From: Raillietiella orientalis
Taxonomy: Eukaryota
Direction: 5' to 3'
Length of the DNA stretch: 64,000 bases
NCBI GenBank assembly: GCA_036172245.1
Contig: JAYWIR010000020.1
Span: 2,232,001 to 2,296,000 of the forward strand
Numbering within the stretch: position 1 is the first letter of the stretch; each line of letters starts with the position of its first letter. The position numbers were made by a program, and so were the translations under genes. Under the pieces are notes generated by a model that worked only from the letters and a program-made list of their open reading frames with translations, had not been told where the DNA came from and did not search any database. Positions 37,691-50,700 of the stretch are shown piece after piece.

Positions 37691-39099
37691 TGTCAGTGTC
37701 GTTATGTCACCCTTGTCGTCACCTGCAGCCTTGCTCTTTGCTTGCCCGGAAGAAGGTTTGGATGGATCGGGCATGCAGGAGGCGGCTCATTGGTTGGCGG
37801 GCCCATACTGTTTCTGGAGCTGAGATGACCCACGAAGTCCACCCATCGGAACCCCATTGCTTGCTAAACGAGAGGCAGCGCGTCTTCCATTCTTTCATCT
37901 GCCGAGTGCAAACCGTTGACCGTGATGTCTGGTCCCGTGGAGATTGACAGTAAGCGGCCGAGAGGTTCCGCTTCTGCCAAGGACTCCTCCCTGGGCACCT
38001 GGATCGCTGCCAGCAGCCTTTCCATTCCTCGTCGAACCCGCAGGCGAGCAGTCTGTCATCGTGGCCACCTCGCGGTGGCGCTGGGGGTAAGACCCACCCC
38101 GCGAACGGTCGTTCGGGGGTCCCTGGCTCCGGCCATGGAGGCAGCCCCTGACGATCGAGCGAAAGAGACCTCCTTCCTCTCGAAACGGAGTCACGGGAGG
38201 CTCAGCTCTCGGATCAGCAGCATCCGAAACTCCGCGGAAGTGGCGCGCGGCACCAGGCTTGGCGCATGGAGCGGTCGTCATCAGGGGATGAGTGGCCCGT
38301 CCCTCCCCTCAAACAAGGCGTTTGCAGGATGACGGTAATCGCTCCGAGAGCCGCCTGCAAAACTGCGCAGCCGGTGACGTAAGCCGGAAGCCGGCACCTC
38401 AGGTCGGCGGAGGCTTTGCTGAATTTCGGGACCGCCATCTTGAAGTAAAAATAAAAACAAAATGGCGCGTCGCAAGCACGACTCCTCTTCAGCACGTTCC
38501 ACGCGCACGCAAACAACAGGGAGAAACCCGTTTGTTATTTTGAAGAGGCTCCTGATACTGCGTCTTTACGCGCACGTGACTCCAGGTTCGAAATGCTGAA
38601 CCGAGCCGTGCAGGAACGTGAGGTCATCATCTGTTTCACGATTCCAACTAGCTGCGGGCTGCCGTGTCCTGTGGCGAACCTCACTAAGTAATAGCTTCAG
38701 GTGCACTCACCAAGGTATCCAGGCAACCAACCAGGCTTTCCTCATGAACGGAAGCATGCTGATCTCGATCACGTAAAAACCTACATGGACCGTTTCCTTT
38801 GAACTTGCTCAAAACATCTCAGAGTACCGAAGATCAGCTGGTTCTCATTCCGATTCAAGAGGAAGGACGGTTTGTTTGTCAGGAAAGACACAGAAAGAAC
38901 CACTGGACGATTGCTGAAGGTCCTGGGAGCGCTTGGAAGCTTTGTCGCTCGATGCTCTCAGCCTCACCATTTACTTCTAGCATGCATGCACGTTTTTTTT
39001 TTTCTTCTAGCTTCGAGGGTTTCATGCGAAGCACTGGAGAGCCAAACGAGATTCTTCAGGCTGCAGCCTGCACATCTTCCACGCAAACCAGCGGAACCA

Positions 39100-39960
39100 G
39101 CCACAGCGCGATCTAGGCGCTCTGCCTCGAGAAGTAGCTGCCCGTGGTCAGGGAGACGCAGATGGTCGCACAGCAGCTCAAGGGCCGTCAGGGTCGCGTG
39201 CCGACCGGTGGTCCAGAAGAGGGCGTGGTCGGGGGCACCACCGCCAGTCCGATTGAGCTCAGGCGAGCTGCTGGGAATCCCACAGGAAGAACTCGAGTGG
39301 TCCCAGAGCCGAAGAACAACCGGGTCCTCCCCCTGAAGTGGCAGGAGTCGGTACTTTGCTGTTGCACGGGGGCCTCCCATGCAACGTCCGTTGGCCTCGC
39401 TGGACCCGGGGGACGGTGAACCACAACTGTTGCAGATGCTGGAAGCGGGAATCCCAGCTCCTCCACCTGCTTGTAGACTGTGTTGCCTTCCATCCCCTGT
39501 AGTTGCGTTACCCAACGGCCCTTTGCGAACCAACGGACGGTCAATCCCAGGAACGCGATGAAGGACCTCTTCGTGCGCGACGCCCTTTCGCCTGCCGCAT
39601 CCCCAGAAGCTCTTTGCTGATGCCTACAAGGGATTTGGCGTCCTGGAGATACGCGAGAGGAGGACGGCGCGATAGAGGTGCCATCTGTTTCACTCTGCGC
39701 TTCCTGCGGACGACAGCCAGACGCCCCCAACTGGCGCATACTCGGATGGGACCCGCCAGAGTCCTGGAAAGGATGCAGAGGACACCCTACAGCACCCGGT
39801 GATCCCTTTCCTATCCACACTTATATATTTTATTTTATTTTTATTTTTGTTTGCTCCTCCCTCCCCCTCCGCTGACGAGAAGGACCTCGACGGCCTGTGT
39901 ACCGTTTAATCGGCAGGTTCCGAGCATTTTTGGACGATATAGGGCCGATGGCCCTACACG
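39100..39960 (+). mobile_element. L1/Tx1-like non-LTR retrotransposon 3' end (zf-RVT region plus 3' UTR), decayed
   Basis: Frameshifted LHGGLPC...NCCRCWKRESQLLHLLVDC zinc-binding motif. 39269-39958 is closely similar to 57808-58499. Confidence 0.75.
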
Positions 39961-41743
39961 TGTATGTTTATTGTTTTTTAAAATAACCGTCTCGGCTTGA
40001 GTGAGTGCTAAACCGCCAGTCCGAGGTCTCCGTTAAACCCGGTGAGGTGCCTTAGTCTGGCGTCGCACTCATCCAGCGACTGCATCTAGTGGTGGCCTTC
40101 ACTGGAGATCAGGAAGACCCTTACGTGCACTTCCCGTGTGAACTTCTGCTCAAGCAGCCCATGGATCCTGTCCAGGTCGCTGGGGGGTCTCGGTCTCCGT
40201 TCCCCGCAGCATGGTCCTGGAGGAAAGAGGGGTAGCAGAGGAAGGGAAAGAAGAGGGGGAGGGGAACCGAGATATCCCGCGTGGGACCCCGGAGTGGGAA
40301 AAAAAGCGAGGTGGACTGAGGACTGAGGGGCGGAGGCACACGCGCACGCCTCCCTGGCTGCTGTCGGCCTCCTCATCTGCGATGGATGCGAGCACGACCG
40401 ACCCGATGGGTCGGTTCGGGGGGTGAAAGGGGGCGCCGACCGACGAGGACACGCGCGTACACCCTTGCGCTGCAGTAGCAGCAGCAACAGCAACCACGCA
40501 CGGTACGGCGACAGGTGCCGCGCGCGCTCTGTTCCGCTCCTCAAAATTCTTTTTCTTCCAGACGTGCTCGTAATAGAAATGGAAGGGGAGGGAGGGGAAA
40601 GCATTCTTTGGATGGGAGCCTCTTAGTCTGGGAGTCTTAAGGGGTAGCATTTTTTTAAGCAATAAAAAGATCAACACCCGAACGAAGAAGAAAATCCGCT
40701 TGTTGGGTTCCATGAAAAAGGAAGGTCTTTCTAACTGGGTGGTATTCCCAGCTGGGTGGCTGGTGATCCCGAACGACAAGGTAACTATTCCACCACATCC
40801 TCGTGTTGCTCTTCGTATCGCGCGAATTTCTTGGGCAGACTCGATTCAGCGTGGATATCGGTCGGAACACCACTTCTCTTGCAGCATCGAACGTGCGCCA
40901 AGAAGACACAGGCTCGTGCGGGAGCTTTGTGGAAGTAGATGCTCCATAGGATCAAGCTCTCCGTAGGTCAGAGGCCATTATGAGGCGAAGTCAGCACTTG
41001 TTTATGGGACGTGGGAACGAGTCCGAAAGAAACGCAACAGCGCGACTCCTGTTCTTACCAGCGGCCGGCAGCAAGATATCGTATCTTTTCTTGACGAATT
41101 ACCGACTGGTCTGTCGGAGCCAAAAGGTCTGCCTATCTCTTGCCTTTCCACAGCCGCAAGGTGGTCCTTTTTTTTTTTATCGTAGAGCAAATGAACGCTA
41201 CCACTGAGGAGGGGCACCGCGATCCACTTGGTCGAGCTGGGCGCTCGCAAATTTCTTCCTCTTGTTCGCGTTTGCTGGTTCCGCCTTCGTGTGTAACCTG
41301 TCTCGTTCGAAACGGCAAATGTTTATTTGGAAGAGACGGAGGAATCGCCGATTGTCCGGAGAAGGAGAAAACTTAAGCAGGAGCAGCCTGGAAACCTAAC
41401 AGTATCCAAGTTTCATAATAGTAATGATAATAGAAATCTTCAGTCCCAAAAGCAGGTTTCTATCGGATGCCACCGAAATATTCCTTTCCAGGAGGTTCCG
41501 ATTCATCGAGAAGTGCGTCTCGTGTGTGACACAATGATGCACTGTTCGGAAGATAAATGCTCTCCGTCCAAGGTCAATTGGAAAGATGGAAATCTCGAGA
41601 GAAAACAAAGTGCCAATCGAGCGTAGAGGTACGCAGGACGGCATGAATGGCGCGGGAGGTTCGATATGTAGAAACACGTGTGGTTTCTGCACGCGAGATC
41701 ACGAGTGAGCTTGACACGACTCGGACGTAGCTGGTTTCAAAGA

Positions 41744-44700
41744 ATGCAACTCCGTGGAAAGTGTTGTGTGTTTTCCCTCCTAACCAGTATTTGCATCTAC
41801 TGCGTGGCGGAACTAACGGAGTCTCCCGAAGCCAAGACCGCTGCTACCACCGAGATAAGTACGATTTTTGTTGACTCTTTGGGGGAAGATCCCGGAAGCT
41901 GGAGCGAACCTTACCCGAGCACGGGAACACTTCTGACCACGGAAGCAGTGCCCGTAGTCTATGATGCGCGCGCGGTGTACGGCGAGGAGCTCTTCGTTCC
42001 AAAGTGCTGTCCGAAGAACAAACTTTTCAACATGTCGCAGAGAGCTTGCGTTCCGAGGCCACCGCTGACCGAATGGGTGCCAAAGGTTTACGCTAGCGAC
42101 TACATCCCCCTGTTCAAGTGGAGGTACCACCCAGAGTCCGTGGATTTTCAGCCTGAGCACATGATCCTGCCTTGCCATCCGTCCATTCTGCTGGAAAACG
42201 ATTTTTACTTCCTGGACACTGGAGAGCTTTACGTACCCTTCCTGTTCAGCACAGAAAAGTTCGATCCCCATTGCTTTTGCTTGGATGATCTCGCTATCGT
42301 GAATCCAATATACGGAAATGAGGAAATCGTACCTGGGGCCGGGGTGTGTCCATTTCTGGATGCAAACTACACCGTGTTTAAGAAATGCTGCCGCAAGGAC
42401 GAATTCTTCGACACGGAGAAATCTGTTTGCGTCCCTCGGCACCTGCAGTACCGTTCCGACATCCAGGAAATGCTGAAAAGCAAGAGGTATATTCCGCAGC
42501 AGGGTTTCCCGTCCTTTTGCAATCCCATCATACTGGGATCTTCCGAGTATGCGAGCAGGATCAGATTGAAATACCACGTGGACAAAGAAGGTTCGCTTTC
42601 ATTCGACTGCATGAGCAAGACATATGGCTTGAACAGCTACTGCCTGGAGGATTTCCTGTACCCAAAGTCCAAGATTGTTAGGTTACAAGGATTGGTTTGT
42701 GATATGGACTCTATCGACGAGGAAACATTGGAAGAATTCATCGCGCCGAACGCATCATGTGTCTCCTTGCTGTTTTCTGCTCAATGCAACGATAGCAACT
42801 GCGTTCCGAAGTGCTGTTCCACGAATGAAGTCTTGCTGGACGGCATCTGCATCAATTCGAACAGCTCGGAGGTCGCGGATTTCGTGTCCCGAAAGATGGA
42901 ACTCGATGAGCCGTTGAGGTATCGCTCTTGGTTCCCCCTGTGTCAAAATATCATCAAAGTCGTCATGTACGATGAGGTTTCAAGTTCAAAGTATCCTGAG
43001 CTTGTGACGGATGAGTTTCACTTACTACCTGACAACTCGCTGAGGGTTGTGAACCTGAAAGATGTATTATCTTGTGATGACGAAAGAATCCTCGTTCTGA
43101 ATGTATCCGAGTATTGCCTCGAAGCAGCCATCGTGCCCGTTTACGGGAAGCAGACTATTCAGAAAGCCGCAATGGTGTGTTTGCTCTTGCCCGAAACAAA
43201 AGAGCAACACTACGACACTGTGATTATCGTCTTCCTAGTCATCTCCGATGTGTTTCTCTTCATAACATTCATCATATACCTATTCGTGCCAGAATCAGGA
43301 GTGCAAACTAAAGGGAAGAAAAGATTGATGTGCATGACTCTGTTCGGACAGATTCTGATTTCGTACATCCTCGCCCTGTTCTTCGTGATGCTTATATTAC
43401 TGGTCCAGCAGTTCATCCCTCCTCTCATAGACGACATATCGTGTTCTTCTCTGGGTAAGAAAGCTTTTTACAATTTCGACGCCCTGCTTGCGTGTTTCTG
43501 TTTTTCCTTTTTTCTTCTTCATTTGTCCTTTCATCGCTATATTTGAATATTTGAGCCGAGATTTGAGATTCTTCGATGGATGAGGAGATGAACGAGCAAG
43601 ATACTTTCGCATCTCGAGGTGCCGTCATTCCTGAAGTATCTATCTAGAAGCGGCACTTTTATTTTGGGCTTTGGTTTGCTGGCATCAGACGATTTACGAA
43701 GGGGCAGTTGCGAACTTTGGTGGCGTGGTTTAGAACTGTGGTAAGCTAACGCGGTGACGGCTCGTTAGCACGCTGCCGTGTGTTACAGAAGGAAGAGGAC
43801 TAAGATGATTCGCTTTCCTGGCGCCTCGGCTTCTTTTGGACAAGGGAACCGATAACGAGCCGCGAGATTCCGATGCAATAACTCGATAATAGTCGGAGGT
43901 TTTGGCAGTACAAAGGTCAAACCCAGCGAGACGACCGAAGAAGTTCCACTACTTGTCGAACTGCTTGTGCAATGTCGTCACACAAGCAGTTCGACTTCTT
44001 TGACAGGTTTCAGTTTAAAGGCTGGCTGAAAACTCAAAGCCCCACGTAGTGAGTGCGACTGCTACACTACATGTGGCGGGAGCATTCCCCTGAACGCATA
44101 GCCCACGCATACCGCGGTTATTTCCTGAAGCTCCGAATTCTAATGATTCTGAGTTCGGGGACGAATGGTCGAATCTGGATGATGAATTCCCGAGGTTGCT
44201 TTGCTGGCGTGCGCTCAATCGTTGGTGCCGCCATGCATGCTGGTGCTCTCTGGGTCTCGGCTGACTCGCTGCATAGTCAGCTGGATGCGATCACGCTATC
44301 TACTTTATTGGCATGCATGCTCTGCTCATGTACGAAAGAGGCAGAGTCTCCAGAAGCGGATTGGAGTCCAGCTCGTCCAAGATCCGTTCCGATCTTTATA
44401 ATTAACTGGTTTGCCTTCGGATGCGGCAAATGCCAGAGTTCTTTGCAAGCATGAAGGACTGGATACATGATTTTGATGGATGGTTAGCTTCCAGAATGCG
44501 AAGAGGGCAATAATTGAAGCCAACATTTGCACTTATTTCTTTCGACCTTAGGAGCCGCAGTTCTGCCAGAGTTGCAGCTCGGTCTCCATACCAGATGCTA
44601 CATTCGGCGCTTTCCACTTCCACCTGGGTGTTTCTATCCACAGATTCCTTTCTCCAGCAGTCCCTCTTCCCCCTTTCCCTTCGACACTCGTAAAAGCCCG

Positions 44701-47700
44701 AAAGACAACGGCATGCGTGTCGGGCTGTTCCTCCCTGAGCTTCCTAGTTCCTTACCGGAAGGCGCTTTTTTGCAGGAGGGAACAAAGAGTGTTCCCTCTC
44801 CAGAGATGGACTCCATACCTGGCATGGAAAAAGAAAAAAAATGCTGCGTTTTCCGGGAACGGAAACCAAAGGCACGCATGCACATGGCAAGAACGCGGTG
44901 TTCTGCAGTGGAGACGAAGAACGCGAGGCAAGCTCGGCAACGTTCAAAGCCTTTTCGAAAGGCTCTGCCTGCTGCTGCGCTGAAGATGCGTGCGCCTACT
45001 CGCTTTCTCTGCGGTGCACAAACTAACTGAGACGGTTTTTGTTCCGTCCTTCTATGAGGGTCAAACAGCCAGCAGCAACCGTTTTTTTTTTACCCGGCAT
45101 CACTTGGGGATTCCGCAATGGCAGAGCGAGACTCTGATACCGGGGGCTGGTAGCTGCGTTTAAGAGCACTTGAGCGAACACGACCGTGTCGGACACATCC
45201 GCTTCATCGACATGGTGATTGCCTGGCTGCCTCATACAGTGCCGCCTAGAGCGAACCACGAAAAGGATTCCGATGAGGAGGGAGCATGATGTACGGATCC
45301 TCCATCCATCGGTCTCCGCTAGCCGTAATCCCTCGAGGACCTTCGCGTCAGCCTCTTAGAAAAGAGCCAAAGAGAGCTCTCACGAAGCGAGGAAAAGGTG
45401 AGAGCCGCAAAACCTCACGCGGTGTCCCACTTGGAGACGGTAAACTTTCCGGTGCTGTTCAAGTGATGCTTGGGATGACGGCTGGGAAAGTGGGCTCAGC
45501 AGATGCAGGCGCGGGAGATGCGCGGGCACCCCTATTCAGTCGATTCTTCGAGCAGCATCACAGGAGGCTCCGTTCTTGGAGGTGGCGACTATACAAAACG
45601 AGGAGCGCTCGATTTCAGAGGAAGCACAAGTTCTCATCTTCCAATTTTTCTGCTCGCGGGTGGGACCGGCGTCAATAATCTGTGGTTCTCCCCATCAAAT
45701 AAGCAACTCCGAGGCGCTGGGGTTCCGCAACAAGACGAGTCCTCTCGGCAACCAACTAGAGCCGCTTTTCCGGATCTCTTCCTCGGTGGACAGTTCCATG
45801 CCGAAGATGTAAACACTTCTAACTGGCACCTCAGGGGAGAAGTTCGTTCGGTACTCCAGAACCGTAAAAAAGGATATTCTTGCCTGTCCAAGTGGAAAGC
45901 AAAGAGGTCCTCGGGCTATTCGCTGGGCTTTCACCGTTGACTCAATGACCCTAAAGGCCTTTCTATTCGAATTTGCAGTGGCCTCCAGCCGAGTTTTCTC
46001 TATTCCAGCGCGCTAGTACGCTTGCCTTGTGCCTTTCGAGGACACCGTCGAGGAGCGCGTCTGAAAATCTCGTACGAGGATCCACGAATAACACGCGTGC
46101 ATGCACGATGCGGTCCTCCTTTCAGGAAGATGGCCTCAATTCCTCTTCCTTCAGTCTCTTATAGGAATGCTCCAAAAAGTTCCAAGACGTTCTCTTTCCT
46201 TGGTAGATATCCATTTGCTGTTGTGGTTGGCGTGTTCGAAATTCTTTGAGCAGAAGAGATCGTTACGAAGAAGCAAAGAATGCTCCTGGAATCCCCTTGG
46301 GTGTTGTGGCATGAGAATACACTTCGAATGTGTATCAAATGCAGTTTCTCTGTAGGTTTGTACGCAGCGTACAAATTTTGTCGAAAACGATCACAAACTG
46401 ATATGCATCTCCGATCCGGAAGTGATCTTCAGGATGAGAAAACACCGGGAGAACCGTTTTGAATCCCGAGATGAACTGCGATCGTCATTAAGAAATCCCA
46501 CAGGCATTCCCCTGGTTCCTGGTGGTGCTACTGCTGGAACCGCAACAAAGTAGTGTGGTTTGCCGGACGAGACACGCTGAAACAACAAATCCCTTTTAGA
46601 TGGCCTTTCGAATGTTCCGTCAGGAAGAGAGAGAGGTTCTTTGAGTCTCCATGACAATTGAACGAGCCTGGTTTCAACGCCGATGCCCTTCTACCCATTG
46701 AAATTCGGGGCGACTGCTTAGGAAAACGAAATCCTGAACAGCTGTCAGCGGAGCCGGTTGCAGGAGAATGGGAGGTGGGGATATCGCCGAATTAGCCTGG
46801 TTCAGCTACCATGCTCCTGTCTCCGTGACGATAGGAAGGGACCAACAATTTCCACAAGAGGCGAAGGAATGCAAATGTTCGTCTTCCACCACCTTTGTAA
46901 GGATGCACACAACTCTGCAACGGAGGCTAAGGGGCCAGAAGCGACTCAGAAGCACGGCAGAACCGTCTGGCTCGCCGATTCTGAGTGAAGACCAAGCACC
47001 TGTTGGAGGTTGCTTGCGCTGGTTCACTCCAATTCATCCGGACCACAGATCGACCAAGATGAAAACGTGGGGCAAAGCAGCTTTTCACGCTGAGGAGTTC
47101 TTATGGCAAAGTCCTAAACCGAGTCCATCGGGCTGCTGAAACAAGCCAAAGCGCACGGATTTCTTCGAGGGAAGATTATTTTTGGTTCTCTGGAAAGGAA
47201 GGCGAAGAGTCGCCAAACCGTGCAGCTCTAATGACTGCAGGATGCACATGATAGCCCAACTTTCTTTTCCTGAAACATTACTCTCCCTCAACACCCTCTT
47301 CACGCCTCTTCTTCACTTATAAATTTGACCTTATTTGGTTTAATGGGATGACCATCATCCACTTCGTTTTCGCTCAGCAGACAATCCTGACGTACCTGGC
47401 AAATCAGTCGCTGCACTCTTAGGTTATTCGAGCGTCAAGGTCACTCTCTAATCCTAAATGTTTGTCCATCCATGTCCTGCCGCGTTGCGTGCTGCACGGA
47501 ATGCTGCGGAATGTTCCCAACGCTACCATCTGTGTTTTTCCTTGTCTCCTTATCCTTCCTTATACGCGTTCACGTGCTTGAGAAGGTACAGAGATGCCCC
47601 AGGGGTGCACGCAAGATCGAACTCCCAAGAATACCGGCTCGAGGAAAGGAGAAATCAAATGGTGCCGGTCCTTTTTTCCGGACTCAGGATGGAGCAGCGA

Positions 47701-50700
47701 AAGCGGGCTTCAAGGATAGGAGAGAGACCTGGCTGCCAGTTCTTGTTCTCATGCCGTCAAGGTCGACCAATTCCGCAGACGCCTGGCTGCTCAGAGATCG
47801 CAGAGGGAGCACTTGGCGAAAACGAAAAAGAAAAAGAAGGGAAAAAGGGAAGCTGGAAGGAAGGCAGCAAAGACAGAAAGATTTCCACCATCGAAGTATC
47901 AAGATCGACTACTCAGAGGGGACATTCGGTTCCGGAGATGATCCTTCTTGGCATGCCGGTATGCTTCATCAGCACCGTCTCTCTGCGACGAACTGCGAGG
48001 CATTCTGACAGAAGATCACATGCTGGGAGGCCAAGCCAACAGAAGGTGCACACACGACTCGTGAATCCACACAACCGGCTTCGCCGCCACTCCAGATGCA
48101 AAGTAGGTTGCTTCTTCTTACAGGTACATCTGTTTCGCTGCTGTCGTTTCCAATGGCGAAGTCCCTACCATCGAGGAAAGTTGGAAGCACGTTAGCCGCT
48201 GCTCAATGGCGACGGGAATCGGTGGCTGTCGCATGAACAGGGTCGTTCGCCTGCCTAGAAAAGGTGGGTGGGTGGTTCTCCGATGCTTTGAGGAATCGTC
48301 AGTGAGAGCGCATCTGTGTGGTGCTCGCGTGGAGAGCACGCGGCCAAGTTGCACTTTGAGGAAGACAAGGAGGGGAGTGCCGTTGGGAATTCGAGCACGG
48401 CGAGTGTGGTGGCAGAGGAAGCTCTGCTGTGCGCGAGAACACGTCAGCCTCGCAATGGGTAAATGCCCTTCTCCTCACCCACCTCAACCCCATTGGAGGT
48501 TTGATGTCCTCCAATTGGCTGCTTTCGAGTATATCAGGGGCGAACCAGAGATCCGCAGCAAGCAGCAAGCCCCGAAGCAGAAGGTATGCAAGTTCGAAGG
48601 GAGAAGTGTGCAAAACAGCTGTTTCGACCATGGCGACGGCGGGCGGAGCTCCATCTGCACATCTGCAATAGTCAGCGACGGTAACAGTGGTCGCTGAAAC
48701 CTCTTTCGCAGTTGGGAGAGGTCCAAGTTGCTCAAAGAGGGGGTGGAATTTCTGGTGGGAGGTTAAGAGTCGGGCGTCCGGGCTTGTGTTGCGCTGGCGA
48801 CGACGGTGTGTGGGGAAGTGGATGTTAAAATTAAACGCGCGGTAAGAGGCGGGGGTACTGTGCCGCTCTGCAGTGCGAAGATGCTTGCAAGAGTCGCATC
48901 AGCTTACGTGGGGGACGTCAGAACAAAGGAAAGGGACCGCGTGCATGTACACGAGAGCAGCTTCCTCTTCCCGACCGTTCCGCGGTGTGAGAGTGGATGG
49001 CCACTCTCTCGGGAGTGCTCCCAGGGTGTTATCCGGCAAAGCGATGCAAAAGTCGCTCCTTGACACTACCAGCTGCCGTCCACATGCACGGAGGGGGGCT
49101 GCTACGTGTGCGGGCGCCAAGTCCCCTTGGCAGCTCGCAGGGGGCGCAGCGCCCTCACTGCGCTGCCTCCTCTGTCGGCTAACCGTTCCACCTGAAAGAA
49201 AGCCGCGGTCTTCCGTTAGGGGGTGGCTGCTCATCAGAGTCTTTGCTTGCAGGGTTCCTCATGCTGTACTTCGTGCTGGCCACCTTCTTCTGGTGCAACG
49301 TCATGTCGATCGACCTGTTCCTCGTGTTCGGGTAAGTCCTGCGGGGTCTCTAAGGGGCGCGGGAGGAAAAGAGCTCCTCCCCGCTACTTTCTCCCATTTC
49401 CTCTTCCTTTTCTCTTTTTCTTCCTTTCCTCCTTCTCTCTTCCCCCCCCCTCTTTCCCCTCTTCCTCTTCCCCCCTTCGCCTCATTTTTCGTTCGGCGCG
49501 CTTTCCACCACAACCACTCCCCGCTGGGATGTGCCCAGGCCTGCGAGGACGAGCGCCAAGGCCGGAAGGTTCAAGTTCTACTGCTTGTGGGGCTACGGAG
49601 GTCCTCTACTCATCACGGCCATGGCCATGGTCGCCGAGTTTGTCGACGACGTGGCTCCATGCTCTTTCAGGCCGCGGTTCGGGAAGTACAAGTGCTGGTT
49701 CGCCTGTAAGTACCGCCGTCTCCTGGTCTCAGTTCGGGCTGCCTCTCCCACGTGTCTCCCGTAGCGATCGAGGCGAAAACGGCGTTCTTCCTGCTTCCTG
49801 TCGGCGTGCTGCTTCTGGCTAACCTGTGCTTCTTCTGCATCACCGTCTACAAGTTGCTGACAACGGGACCATCCGTGGATCGGGAAAGCGCGCGGGAGGT
49901 CAACGAGTGGAAGCAGAGGTGACTGCGGAGACGACTTCCTTCCTTCTCTCTCAACTCTCCCGATTCCATCCTGGAGTTCTCGAACAGAAGAAGCAAGCGA
50001 GAGGGGTAGGGGGTCTGAGGGAGGGGGGTTATGGTGGCTGCGAGGTTGCCGCGCATCCCGGAGAGCAGCGTGGCTACCCCACCGTTGGTCGGAAACGCCT
50101 CCGGCTCCTGTGGGACCACAGGGGCGGGGTGAACTCGGAACGACCTATTCCCTGGAAGCACTCAGCGCCGTCCCGCTGCCTCTTTGACCTCTTTCCCGAT
50201 GTGGAGTCGTGTCTGCCCATCAATGTGACCATCCAAACGGGAGCACTCGTCCACGACGTGGTCCTCTCCCAACTTCTGTGGAGACCACCTAAGGGCAACT
50301 CCTTCCCTTTTCCCAGACTCCAGCACGCGTGCGCAGCCGGCAGGTCTCTCTGGTCCAGGCGGTGCAGGGATAAACGTCGTCATGGGAGCAGGAGAATGGG
50401 AGGTGCTTGATGTCCGGTCTCAGGAGTCACAGAGGAGCGCGAGAGCCGTCACCTCAGACGCTTCCGTCCCTCGCACTTCCTCCTCCTCTCCTTCTTTCCT
50501 TCCTCCTTCTCCTCCTCCTTCTCCGTTTCTGAAGATGCGTTTTTCTTCCAGGATGATCCAGCGACTAAAATTCAGCGTGAAGTTGATCCTCATCATGGGC
50601 ATCTCGTGGATCTTCGAGATCATCAGCCATCTTACGAGGAAGACCTACGCTTTCGTGATTTTCCAAACGTGCAACTCTTTGCAAGGGTTGATCATCTTCA

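Noticed and set aside
36160..38540. Long ORFs including 377 aa at 36246-37379 (-)
   Set aside because: Explained by GC-rich repeat remnants and the (GCA)n tract. There is no protein-like signature.
39870..39900. Hammerhead-like CTGACGAG...CTCGAC motif in the LINE 3' UTR
   Set aside because: It lacks the GAAA core and is not conserved in the sister copy. Other CTGATGA matches (about 5744, 8938, 57174) also lack the required stems.
41813..42577. 254-aa minus-strand ORF
   Set aside because: Antisense shadow of the mth-like coding exon.
49916..50455. GAGGTGAC at an mth-like donor site complementary to GTCACCTC later in the same intron
   Set aside because: Only 8-10 bp in GC-rich sequence, which is compatible with chance.
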